Source of the DNA: Candidatus Methanoperedenaceae archaeon
GTDB lineage: Archaea; Halobacteriota; Methanosarcinia; Methanosarcinales; Methanoperedenaceae
Assembly: GCA_963753595.1 (NCBI GenBank)
Contig: CAVWCX010000024.1
Coordinates: 1 to 64,000, forward strand
Length of the DNA stretch: 64,000 bases
Direction: 5' to 3'
The stretch's first letter is position 1; every line of letters begins with the position of its first letter. Positions 11,710-20,733 of this stretch are shown here, in pieces. The translations under genes were made by a program, and so were the position numbers. The notes under the pieces are model-generated. The model had not been told where the DNA came from, did no database searches, and worked only from the letters and a program-made list of their open reading frames with translations.

Positions 11710-12918
11710 ATGATCCAGAAAAAAATTGAACTTTTAAAGAAAATTGCACGAGAATACGGCACTCCCGTCTTTATTATAGATCATGAAAAAATAAGGGCAA
11801 ATTATCGTGAATTCAGGGAAAAATTGCCTGATGTCCAGGCATATTTCGCCGTTAAAGCCAATTCCAATCCTGAAATTGTCAAAACGATGTATGACATGGG
11901 CGCAAGTTTTGATGTAGCTTCTTTACCTGAATTTATGCTGGTTTTTGATAATATCAAACATATGCCTGATAAAGAGCGGCAGGATTTTATCTGGAATAAG
12001 ATCATCTATGCTAATACCATTAAGCCAGCCGATGTCCTGGCTAAGTTAAATGCATATAAAATTTTAGTTACTTTTGACAATATTGAAGAATTAAAAAAGA
12101 TAAAAAAACATGCTCCTGATGTTGGCCTGGTTTTAAGGATACGCGTGCCTAATACCGGTTCCATGGTCGAGCTGTCTTCAAAATTCGGAGCCCATCCCGG
12201 AGAAGCGGTTGATCTTATAGCCGAAGCCGTGAGATTGGGGCTTGGAGTTGAAGGAATCAGTTTCCACGTCGGCAGCCAGTGTAATAATTTTGATAATTAT
12301 TCGCAGGCTTTGAATTTTGCTTCCTCAATATTCAGGGAAGCAGAATTGAGAAATTATCCGATCGGGTTTATTGACAAAGAAGGCAAAAGAAGAAAGATCC
12401 TGGATATTGGCGGAGGCTTTCCGGTAAAATATACACCTGACGTAAGATCATTCTCAGACCTGTCTGAAATTTTGAATTCGGAAATAAAGCGTATGTTCCC
12501 CAACGATGATATTCAGGTCGTCGCCGAGCCCGGACGATTTATAGTGGCGACAGCCTGTACATTGGTCACGAAGATCATTGGCAAAGCTGTCCGTGACGGG
12601 AAAACATGCTATTACCTGAATGATGGTGTATATCATACTTTTTCCGGGCAGGTTTTTGATCACCAGCCCTATCCATTGCATTCCTTCAAGGGTGGAGTAA
12701 AGAAAGTCTGCGCAACATTTGGCCCCACCTGTGACGCTTTCGACACTATTTCCCTGTCCGATGAGCTGCCAGAAGACCTGCAAATCGACGACCTGCTTTA
12801 TGCTGAAAATATCGGCGCATATTCGATAGCTTCAAGCACTTATTTCAATGGTTTCCCGCCGGCTAAAGTGGTGCATTTGAATTTAATCGCAGATTCCAGA
12901 ACGCTTAAGGGACCCTGA
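11710..12918 (+). CDS. Type III PLP-dependent ornithine (lysine/ornithine) decarboxylase
   Basis: FAVKAN (PLP lysine), SFHVGSQ, DIGGGF, EPGRF and GPTCD motifs. Confidence 0.9.
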   Translation: MIQKKIELLKKIAREYGTPVFIIDHEKIRANYREFREKLPDVQAYFAVKANSNPEIVKTMYDMGASFDVASLPEFMLVFDNIKHMPDKERQDFIWNKIIYANTIKPADVLAKLNAYKILVTFDNIEELKKIKKHAPDVGLVLRIRVPNTGSMVELSSKFGAHPGEAVDLIAEAVRLGLGVEGISFHVGSQCNNFDNYSQALNFASSIFREAELRNYPIGFIDKEGKRRKILDIGGGFPVKYTPDVRSFSDLSEILNSEIKRMFPNDDIQVVAEPGRFIVATACTLVTKIIGKAVRDGKTCYYLNDGVYHTFSGQVFDHQPYPLHSFKGGVKKVCATFGPTCDAFDTISLSDELPEDLQIDDLLYAENIGAYSIASSTYFNGFPPAKVVHLNLIADSRTLKGP

Positions 12919-12949
12919 CATCAAAAAAGCCTGCAGTTGATGTTGTCCT

Positions 12950-13079
12950 CATATTTCGCACTTGATAAATTTATAATTTATCTATGAAATATGAGACTGA
13001 CAAAATGTAAGAAAATTGCATTTATTCAGACAGGATTAACAGGATCGACAGGATTTAGTCATCCTGTTTTTCCAATCTA
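12950..13079. repeat. ~130-bp direct repeat, copy 1 (copy 2 at 15275-15408)
   Basis: CATATTTCGC...TCTATGAAATATGAG...CAAAATGTAAGAAAATTGCATTTATT...GACAGGAT...GGATTTAGTCATC...TTTTCCAATCTA aligns between the copies by eye. Confidence 0.9.
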
Positions 13080-13313
13080 TTTCATCAGGAGAAAATAGAA
13101 TGGAATTTAAAAAAACATTACAAGTGGGATATTATAATATGAAAAATCGCTTTTATTTTATAAAAGATTTTCAGGATATGTCACTAAAATCGTATCCTGT
13201 ATATCCTGCGAAAGCCTGTTGGCAATGAACTTTGATTACAAAAAAATCGTTTTTTATAACACACGGTATGCATCTTTTCTATGGTGGCTATTTCTAGTGT
13301 GATATTTTTTATT

Positions 13314-13682
13314 TTATTCTTTAATTATTATTTTACTTTTCTTGCCATCAAAAGTAATTATGAAATGCTTCATCGCATTCCTACCTATCAATATTTCATC
13401 ATCAGAAGTATAATGAATCTCAACAGGAATTGTCTTATCTGCAATATTCAAATTGCACCAGGAAAAACCAACTTCAGCCCATCCCAGCGAAGTTCCAAGT
13501 TCAATTAATCCAATATCTAAAAAACCAAGATCATCCCACAGTACCTTTGGTAATGAACACCAATCCGATCCAGAATCTACGAGAGCAAGATGTTTTGATT
13601 TACGACTATTAAACGGATTTAAGATTTCAACTGGGATGAGTGGGATATCCCCTGTATATTTCCACTCCATCATCTCGCCCAC
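13314..13682 (-). CDS. Clan AA (retropepsin-like) aspartyl protease
   Basis: ALVDSGS catalytic motif and ILIGRN motif, 122 aa. Confidence 0.78.
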   Translation of the reverse strand: MGEMMEWKYTGDIPLIPVEILNPFNSRKSKHLALVDSGSDWCSLPKVLWDDLGFLDIGLIELGTSLGWAEVGFSWCNLNIADKTIPVEIHYTSDDEILIGRNAMKHFIITFDGKKSKIIIKE

Positions 13683-13909
13683 ACCAAAGGTTTATCAGAA
13701 TTAACATTTAAAAGATATAAATGCTTATGTAAAGCATCTGTTGAAATCCTTTGCATCAAAGTTAACATCTTATCTCTAGGTACAACATATAATACTTTTT
13801 TCTGATCGAGGTCTATTAGAACAATGTCTCCCTTGCGCTTTCTAATTTCTTCAATATGAGCTTCATATACCTCATGCGCAATTCTATTAGACTCTGAAAG
13901 TGCTGGCAT
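13670..13909 (-). CDS. Small hypothetical protein overlapping the aspartyl protease gene
   Basis: 79 aa, overlaps the protease start; the small-gene + retropepsin arrangement is common in archaea. Confidence 0.6.
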   Translation of the reverse strand: MPALSESNRIAHEVYEAHIEEIRKRKGDIVLIDLDQKKVLYVVPRDKMLTLMQRISTDALHKHLYLLNVNSDKPLVWAR

Positions 13910-14048
13910 AACAATATAAATGACCTATTAATAAATAACTTTATTGTAACTATAGCTGTGACCCGATTGTTAATGAGGTTGCATGCGCCTTACACTCCTA
14001 TGAAAAGCTGTATGGCATCAAACTGCACTGATGGGAACTTCAACCCTG

Positions 14049-14261
14049 TTACAAATACTTATCCAGCAGCTTCGGGATATCCTGCGAAAGCCTGTCGGCA
14101 ATGTACTTCAGGGCAACCCACATACCTTCAAAAGTCTTACCCGCTGAATTGATACTGTTTTTCATTATTGGAAGACCCCTGTCTATCCAGATCGGGAGTG
14201 TCATGACAACTAATGCAAGGATGAATAATATGAACATTAAGAAGATTTGTTTTGAGTTCAT
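14049..14261 (-). CDS. Small membrane-anchored hypothetical protein (likely start MNSKQ)
   Basis: One hydrophobic N-terminal helix; the upstream ORF extension overlaps a terminator hairpin. Confidence 0.45.
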   Translation of the reverse strand: MNSKQIFLMFILFILALVVMTLPIWIDRGLPIMKNSINSAGKTFEGMWVALKYIADRLSQDIPKLLDKYL

Positions 14262-14271
14262 AAAACACCTA

Positions 14272-14304
14272 AAAATAAAAATGACCCCCATGAAAGGGGG
14301 CATT
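14272..14304 (-). terminator. Hairpin + T-tract terminator downstream of the pilin gene
   Basis: CCCCC-ATGAAA-GGGGG stem-loop, followed on the minus strand by TTTTTATTTTT. Confidence 0.6.
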
Positions 14305-14311
14305 CACATAT

Positions 14312-14788
14312 TTATGTTACGGTTATCTGCATCTGGGTTATAACCTGACCGGATGGGACATCCTGAAGCATTACTTTCAGAATCTTTCCCTTTTCAGGTA
14401 CGGATGTACTATTCCATGAATGGGCAATGCTTGCCCCTGCACCAAGAGTTTCGAAAGAAGTACCTCCATTTTGGAATCCAGTTGAACTATTATCATTCAA
14501 ATTTACCCCGTAGAGATCATAATGTACAGTATCAACAATGGCATCAGTTATTGTGATTTTCTCATCTTTTAATACTAATGCATCGCCTCCATTATGAGTA
14601 AGTTTTAATTCACCGCCAGACCCATTATTTGTTGCCTGAATTCTCAACTGCACCGATGGCGCTTTTGCCGGTGGTGCCATACCGAATACGAATGCAGCGA
14701 TAACTGCTGCTAATATTACAGTGATCGCGACCATCAGAATTACACCGATGACTGGCGATACTGCCTCTTCATTCTTTCTAAATCTCAT
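14312..14788 (-). CDS. Archaeal type IV pilin (DUF1628/Pilin_N, class III signal peptide)
   Basis: True start MRFRKNEEA/VSPVIGVILMVAITVILAAVIAAFVFG at 14788 with GGAGG SD upstream; HNGGD motif. Confidence 0.92.
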   Translation of the reverse strand: MRFRKNEEAVSPVIGVILMVAITVILAAVIAAFVFGMAPPAKAPSVQLRIQATNNGSGGELKLTHNGGDALVLKDEKITITDAIVDTVHYDLYGVNLNDNSSTGFQNGGTSFETLGAGASIAHSWNSTSVPEKGKILKVMLQDVPSGQVITQMQITVT

Positions 14789-14789
14789 T

Positions 14790-15005
14790 TTAATTTTCCT
14801 CCTGATATATTTCTTTAGTTCTATTTTTAACAACGTTTTCGAGTTTTGTAGTCCACATATTCTGAACCTGTGTATATTCACATTCAAGATAATGTGAGAC
14901 TGCCTTGGCGAGAGCGTCTTTGGTATTGGTCTCACCCGTTTTTTCTTTCAGGGCATCGATATCCTCTACCATGAGAACTGTTTGTACATGCATTATTTTC
15001 GCCAT
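14790..15005 (-). CDS. DUF5371-like small protein upstream of the pilin
   Basis: MAKIMHVQTVL...ALKEKTGE...KDALAKAVSHYLEC, recognised as the family that precedes pilins in Methanomicrobia. Confidence 0.7.
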   Translation of the reverse strand: MAKIMHVQTVLMVEDIDALKEKTGETNTKDALAKAVSHYLECEYTQVQNMWTTKLENVVKNRTKEIYQEEN

Positions 15006-15274
15006 TTCTAATCTCCTTCAAGAGAAAGGATACCCTTTGGAAGGATAATTTTCCCTTATAACTATTATTATGATAATGATATATTTAAAGATGATGGGAG
15101 TCAGGACATTAAAAATGAGGATGAGCATTTTTTAAGAGAATGATACTGATTCTTTTGAGAGCGTTTTATGTATATAACAATAAAAAAAATCTCTTAATTC
15201 AAAGACGAGAGTCACAAAAATATCAATGCATTTCTTAATTAACAAAGTTCAGTGGATTTGAATTGAAATAACCC

Positions 15275-15408
15275 CATATTTCGCGCTTGATAAGATAAAT
15301 TTATGATTTATCTATGAAATATGAGCCTGGCAAAATGTAAGAAAATTGCATTTATTTGGACAGGATAACAGGATCGACAGGATTTAGTCATCGTGTTTTT
15401 CCAATCTA
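15275..15408. repeat. ~130-bp direct repeat, copy 2
   Basis: Near-identical to 12950-13079. Confidence 0.9.
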
Positions 15409-15441
15409 ATTCAAAGACTTTCTATTATTTTCTGGTTTGAA

Positions 15442-15510
15442 AACCACAGAGAACGCAGAGTACACAGAAAAAAATGGCAACACTCTGCGTTCTCTGTGTA
15501 CTCTGTGGTT
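15442..15510. repeat. Inverted-repeat element with three 9-bp sub-units per arm
   Basis: AACCACAGAGAACGCAGAGTACACAGA ... CTCTGCGTTCTCTGTGTACTCTGTGGTT. Confidence 0.85.
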
Positions 15511-15520
15511 GATTACCTGT

Positions 15521-15583
15521 GCCTATGATTTTCTCAGACAAAATATTCAATCTGCGTTCATCGGTGTTTATCTGCGGTTCCAT
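15521..15583 (-). pseudogene. 5' remnant of a GxxExxY-family (PD-(D/E)XK-like) gene
   Basis: MEPQINTDERRLNILSEKIIG matches the N-terminus recalled for GxxExxY proteins; similarity stops at the adjacent IR element. Confidence 0.55.
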
Positions 15584-15743
15584 TTTTTCAGACCCCAATA
15601 CCCTCAACGCATCTTAAAACTATGTATGTTTCTTCTGCTTATTTTAAAATTCTTTTTTATGAATAGGAGACAATTATATTTGTGTTGCTTGAAAGCATTT
15701 AAATGGAGAGGCGATATATGCATAAAAAGATATATAGAAAATA

Positions 15744-16409
15744 ATGATATCCATCGGTGTAATAACGCGGGGAAAATACGGCTTGCGCCTGATCGACAAT
15801 ATCAGGAACAATTCCGGTTTCAAAGTCTCATCGATCCAGCTTCCTGGATCACTTCCCGATTTCATAGAATCCCCGGCAGAATTTGTCAAAGAGCTGGATC
15901 TGGATAAAACCTTTTTTTCAAATGACCTGATAATAGCCTACATAATGCATCCTGACCTGGCACCTGAAATAGTCCGGCTTGCGGGCGAAAACAGGGCACA
16001 CGCTGTAATTATCGCGGGGGGCAAAGCAGGAGGAAGCGATGAGCTTTTAAATATTTCAAAAAAATATGGCATTCATATCGAGATACATGAAATATGCTGT
16101 GACATAGAAGAATCAATCGACAAGACCGTTACGGAATTTGCATCATGTTTTGGAAGACCGAAAATCCAGGTCACTACAAAAGACGGTTCAATATCGAATG
16201 TTCTGGTCATACGGGGCGCCCCGTGCGGGAGTACGTGGCATATGGCAAAAAACCTTGTCGGGTCAAAAACAGACAAGGCCTCTGCAAAAGGCGGTCTTCT
16301 CGTACAGCAATACCCGTGCAGGGCCGTACGGGGCACAAAAGGCGGAATACATAAAGCTGCGAAACTTCATAAGGAAGCAGTGGAAAAAGCTTTAAAAGAG
16401 AGTGGTTAA
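15744..16409 (+). CDS. DUF166-family protein
   Basis: GKYGxR, HPDL, FGRP, RGAPCGSTW, YPCRA and IHKAA motifs. Confidence 0.8.
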   Translation: MISIGVITRGKYGLRLIDNIRNNSGFKVSSIQLPGSLPDFIESPAEFVKELDLDKTFFSNDLIIAYIMHPDLAPEIVRLAGENRAHAVIIAGGKAGGSDELLNISKKYGIHIEIHEICCDIEESIDKTVTEFASCFGRPKIQVTTKDGSISNVLVIRGAPCGSTWHMAKNLVGSKTDKASAKGGLLVQQYPCRAVRGTKGGIHKAAKLHKEAVEKALKESG

Positions 16410-17636
16410 ATGAAAGGACAAATCTATGAACGCTCACTCAGGTTCCATGAAGAGCACCAGGGAAAAATTGCACTGAAAAGCAAAATAAGTATAAAGACAA
16501 AAGATGATCTAAGCCTTGCCTATACACCCGGAGTTGCAGAGGCGTGCCTGAGGATACAGTCAAACAAAGATGATATCTACCGTTATACTTCAAAAGGAAA
16601 TTTTGTTGCCGTAGTGAGTGACGGCACATCTGTCCTGGGATTGGGAGACCTCGGCGGTTGTGCAGCGCTGCCGGTGATGGAAGGAAAAGCCGCGCTTTTT
16701 AAGGTTTTTGCAGGCGTGGATGCTTTTCCGATATGTCTTGACACCAGGGATACCGAAGAAGTGATCAATACCGTAAAGAACATAGCGCCGGTTTTCGGCG
16801 GGATAAACCTTGAGGATATCGCAGCCCCCCGGTGTTTTGAGATAGAGACAAGGTTAAAGGGATTACTTGATATTCCCGTGTTCCACGATGACCAGCATGG
16901 CGCGGCTCTTGTCATGCTTGCGGGGCTGATAAATTCCCTCAAAGTTGTGGGAAAGAAATTCTGCGATATAAAAGTTGTTATCAGCGGCGCAGGAGCAGCA
17001 GCAACAGCAGGCGCAAAACTCCTGGTGAACGAAGGCGTGAGGGATATTATCATATGCGACTCGACAGGCATAATTTATGAAGGAAGAGCCGGAATGAATC
17101 CTTACAAAGAAGAACTTGCAAAGATCACTAATAAGAACCAGATAACAGGGAACCTTGCCAATGCCATGAAAGGAGCAGACGTATTCATTGGTTTATCAGT
17201 GGGCGGGATAGTCTCTGAAGAAATGGTAAGATCCATGTCCGATGATGCAATAGTCCTGCCTCTTGCAAATCCCACCCCTGAGATCATGCCGGATAAAGCA
17301 AGGTGTGCTGGCGCACGAATTGTCGCGTCAGGCCGCTCGGATTGCCCCAACCAGATCAATAATGCACTTGGTTTTCCCGGAATATTCAGGGGAGCACTTG
17401 ATGTAAGGGCAAGGGATATCAATGAGGAGATGAAAATGGCAGCAGCAAATACACTGGCATCGCTTGTGCCTGAACCTTCCGAAGAAATGATAATTCCAAG
17501 CATTTTTGATCCCCAAGTCGCGCCGGAAGTTGCTTCTGCTGTTGCCAGGGCTGCGATGGAAAGCGGGGTCGCAAGAATAAAGGTTTCTCCTGAACAGGTT
17601 GCAAGACATACAAGAGAACTGGTCAGGGATCAATGA
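16410..17636 (+). CDS. NAD(P)-dependent malic enzyme
   Basis: LSLAYTPGVA, PVMEGKA, INLEDI, FHDDQHG, ANPTPEI and NQINNALGFPG motifs. Confidence 0.95.
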   Translation: MKGQIYERSLRFHEEHQGKIALKSKISIKTKDDLSLAYTPGVAEACLRIQSNKDDIYRYTSKGNFVAVVSDGTSVLGLGDLGGCAALPVMEGKAALFKVFAGVDAFPICLDTRDTEEVINTVKNIAPVFGGINLEDIAAPRCFEIETRLKGLLDIPVFHDDQHGAALVMLAGLINSLKVVGKKFCDIKVVISGAGAAATAGAKLLVNEGVRDIIICDSTGIIYEGRAGMNPYKEELAKITNKNQITGNLANAMKGADVFIGLSVGGIVSEEMVRSMSDDAIVLPLANPTPEIMPDKARCAGARIVASGRSDCPNQINNALGFPGIFRGALDVRARDINEEMKMAAANTLASLVPEPSEEMIIPSIFDPQVAPEVASAVARAAMESGVARIKVSPEQVARHTRELVRDQ

Positions 17637-18238
17637 AGTTCACGAATTTCCTTATATTATTGTGCGTATCTCTAAGCCTTTATTTTTGGGGCACAAAAGA
17701 GAATCTTGCATTCAGTGAATACGCCCTTTTTCACGGTGCATATTATACTTTGTTGACAGGGCTTTTCGTGCATGCAAATTTTGTCCATCTTTTCGGGAAC
17801 ATGCTTTTCCTTTATGTTTTTGGCAACAGCCTGGAAGATGAAGTCGGAGCCTCCAAAACTGCCCTTGTTTTTTTTACGGGCGGCTTTCTTTCCTTCATTA
17901 TCAGCATACCGTTTTATCCAGGGGCGAACATGGTCGGGGCATCAGCTGCCATATTTTCAGTGATGGCTGCACTTTTGCTTATCCGCCGCCCGGGATACTC
18001 ATTCCAATTTCTTTCTCCAATTGGGCCCCTTGCGCTTTTGTATTTTATATTCAATATAATGGCTGTTAAAAACGCTACGGGTGGGAATGTTGCGTATTTA
18101 TCACATATATTTGGGTTTATCATAGGAATGTTTTTCGGAGCGAAATGGAACAAGAAGTGGAAGGAGAGCCTGTTTATTACTTTTGCATTATTAATCGCTT
18201 ATTTCATAGTATATATTTATTTGAGTAAATGGATTTAA
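17633..18238 (+). CDS. Rhomboid intramembrane serine protease
   Basis: HxxxxHLxxN, GASA and H...G motifs; multiple TM segments. Confidence 0.88.
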   Translation: MKFTNFLILLCVSLSLYFWGTKENLAFSEYALFHGAYYTLLTGLFVHANFVHLFGNMLFLYVFGNSLEDEVGASKTALVFFTGGFLSFIISIPFYPGANMVGASAAIFSVMAALLLIRRPGYSFQFLSPIGPLALLYFIFNIMAVKNATGGNVAYLSHIFGFIIGMFFGAKWNKKWKESLFITFALLIAYFIVYIYLSKWI

Positions 18239-18240
18239 GT

Positions 18241-18289
18241 GAATATGAATTATTTGAATATGAATGATTTGAATATGAATGATTTGAAT
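18241..18289. repeat. Short tandem repeat, 15-bp unit x3
   Basis: GAATATGAATTATTT GAATATGAATGATTT GAATATGAATGATTT GAAT. Confidence 0.85.
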
Positions 18290-18387
18290 TTGATAAATAA
18301 AGATTTGATAAATAGGAAAAGATTAAAATAAAAATAATATGTAATAAGATTAATTTTGAAGAGCTAAATTAAGAAAAGGACAATATC

Positions 18388-19671
18388 ATGAAAATTTCAG
18401 TTATAGGAACAGGTTATGTTGGAACTGTAAGCGCAGCATGTTTTGCGCAACTTGGGCATGAAGTTATTTGTGTGGATATTGACAGGTCAAAAATTGATAA
18501 GATAAATGCAGGCATTCCTCCAATATATGAAGAAGGGCTTGCTGATCTTTTGAAAAAACATGCAGGGAAAAAATTGAGCGGGACTTCTGATTACAGGTAT
18601 GCAGTAATGAATTCCGATGTTTCATTCATATGTGTGGGGACGCCATCGGATCGTTCGGGAAATATCGAGCTTGGTATCGTTAAAGCGGCAAGTGCAAGCC
18701 TTGGGGATGCGCTAAAGGATAAAAAAGATTACCATGTTATTGTCGTAAAAAGCACAGTTGTGCCTGAAACCACTGAAAAAGTCGTATTGCCAATAATTGA
18801 AAAATATTCAAAGAAACGTTCCGGGGATTTCGGCATAGCCATGAACCCGGAATTCCTCAGGGAAGGAAAAGCAATTTATGATTTCATGCATCCTGATAAA
18901 ATAGTTGTCGGATCCCTTGATAAAAAAGCGGGGGATATTGTGGCATCCCTTTACAGCGGTCTTGATTGTGAGATAACCAGGACAAATCCAAGAACCGCTG
19001 AAATGATAAAATATGTCAATAATGCGTTCCTCGCAACAAAGATATCCTTTTCAAATGAAATAGGAAATATTTGCAAACAACTGGATATCAATACCTATGA
19101 AGTTATGAAAGCAGTTGGAAAGGATTTCAGGATCGGACCTCATTTTCTTAACTCCGGCGCCGGTTTTGGGGGCTCATGCTTTCCGAAGGATGTAAAAGCG
19201 CTTATCGGGAAGGCAAAATCGGTAGGATATGAACCTTTGATCCTTGAATCGGTTATCAAAGTGAACGAAAATCAGCCCGGACGGATGGTGTTATTGCTTA
19301 AAAAAGAACTTGGGAGTCTTAAAGGCAAAAAAATCGCCATTCTCGGATTAGCTTTCAAGAACGATACCGATGATATCAGGGAATCAAGAGCAATTCCAGT
19401 GATAAATGAACTGCTTGAAAATGGCGCAGAGGTTAGCGCTTATGATCCGATGGCAAACGAAAGCATGAGCCGGCTTTTTGAAAATGTCAAGTATCATTCG
19501 ACTGCTGCTCTTGCCCTGAAAGGAACAGATGCCTGCCTTGTAATGACCGAATGGGATGAATTTAAATCGCTTGATAAGGAATTTGACCTGATGGGAAACA
19601 AACTTATAATCGATGGCCGTCATATGCTTACTCCGCGAAAAGATATTAAATATGTAGGACTTTGCTGGTAA
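18388..19671 (+). CDS. ugd: UDP-glucose/GDP-mannose dehydrogenase
   Basis: GTGYVG, NPEFLREG, GFGGSCFPKD and AFKNDTDDIRES motifs. Confidence 0.93.
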   Translation: MKISVIGTGYVGTVSAACFAQLGHEVICVDIDRSKIDKINAGIPPIYEEGLADLLKKHAGKKLSGTSDYRYAVMNSDVSFICVGTPSDRSGNIELGIVKAASASLGDALKDKKDYHVIVVKSTVVPETTEKVVLPIIEKYSKKRSGDFGIAMNPEFLREGKAIYDFMHPDKIVVGSLDKKAGDIVASLYSGLDCEITRTNPRTAEMIKYVNNAFLATKISFSNEIGNICKQLDINTYEVMKAVGKDFRIGPHFLNSGAGFGGSCFPKDVKALIGKAKSVGYEPLILESVIKVNENQPGRMVLLLKKELGSLKGKKIAILGLAFKNDTDDIRESRAIPVINELLENGAEVSAYDPMANESMSRLFENVKYHSTAALALKGTDACLVMTEWDEFKSLDKEFDLMGNKLIIDGRHMLTPRKDIKYVGLCW

Positions 19672-19682
19672 AAGGAGATTTA

Positions 19683-20699
19683 ATGACAAATAAGATCAAA
19701 ATAGTAATTCCTGCGGCTGGAGCAGGAAAAAGGCTTTTTCCCCATACTTACACAAAACCAAAACCGATGGTGTATATCGCAGGAAAACCCATTATCGGCC
19801 ATATACTAGACAGGATGAAGGATGTAAATCCTGAGGAAATTATAATTATTGTAGGTTATAAGAAGGAACAGATAATATCTTATGTCGATGCAAATTATTC
19901 AGATGAATTCAATATACGTTATATTGACCAGGATGAGCAGTTAGGACTTGGTCATTCCATCTATACGGCAAGGGAGGCGATCGGGGATTCGGATATAATG
20001 ATAGCTCTTGGCGATATGATATTCAAGGCAGGATATATCGAATTTTATAATCATCACTTGAAAAATGGGGGCATATCAGGTTCAATTGGAGTACGGGAAG
20101 TAGAAGATCCCACAAAATATGGAATAGTCGAACTTGAAGCACATTACATAAAAAGCATGGAAGAAAAGCCAGTTCATCCGAAATCCAACCTGGGCATAGC
20201 CGGTGTATATTTCATTAAAGAAACCAGGGTCCTTATATCGATAATAGAAGAAATGATCAGGAAAGATACAAGGACGCGGGGTGAATACCAGCTCACAGAC
20301 GCATTACAGGAAATGGTAAATAGAGGTTACCGCCTGAAAACATTCCCTGTCTCAAGCTGGTATGATTGCGGCCATCCGGAGTCCCTGTTGGAAACAAACC
20401 GTGTGCTGCTTGATGAGAAACAGGATATAGATCATATCCATCAAATAAAAGATTCCGTAGTTATCCAACCGGTCGCGATCGGGGATAATGTTACGATCAT
20501 TAATTCTGTTGTGGGACCGCATGCCTCGGTCGCAAGTGATTCTTATATTGAGAACAGCATAATCTCAGACAGCGTTATAGGTTCGCGCTCTCACATATCA
20601 AAAGTCAATCTGCAAAGGTCTATAGTAGGAGATGATGCAAGCGTCCATGGTAAGCATAATTCCCTGAATATAGGAGATTCATCATCCATTGAATTCTAA
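19683..20699 (+). CDS. Sugar-phosphate nucleotidyltransferase (glucose-1-phosphate thymidylyltransferase-like)
   Basis: PAAGAGKRL..PKP, LGLGH, GEYQLTDAL motifs and C-terminal hexapeptide repeats; start MTNK assumed. Confidence 0.88.
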   Translation: MTNKIKIVIPAAGAGKRLFPHTYTKPKPMVYIAGKPIIGHILDRMKDVNPEEIIIIVGYKKEQIISYVDANYSDEFNIRYIDQDEQLGLGHSIYTAREAIGDSDIMIALGDMIFKAGYIEFYNHHLKNGGISGSIGVREVEDPTKYGIVELEAHYIKSMEEKPVHPKSNLGIAGVYFIKETRVLISIIEEMIRKDTRTRGEYQLTDALQEMVNRGYRLKTFPVSSWYDCGHPESLLETNRVLLDEKQDIDHIHQIKDSVVIQPVAIGDNVTIINSVVGPHASVASDSYIENSIISDSVIGSRSHISKVNLQRSIVGDDASVHGKHNSLNIGDSSSIEF

Positions 20700-20733
20700 A
20701 GTATAAATTAAAGTATAATATTATGAGGTAGAT

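Noticed and set aside
14789-14935. N-terminal extension of the pilin ORF in the track
   Set aside because: It overlaps the DUF5371 gene; the SD and class III signal peptide place the start at 14788.
16126-16138. Single CCGTTACGGAATT inside DUF166 (also CCGTAACGG at 41935 in ubiA)
   Set aside because: Isolated, in coding sequence, with no partner at 27 bp; compatible with chance.
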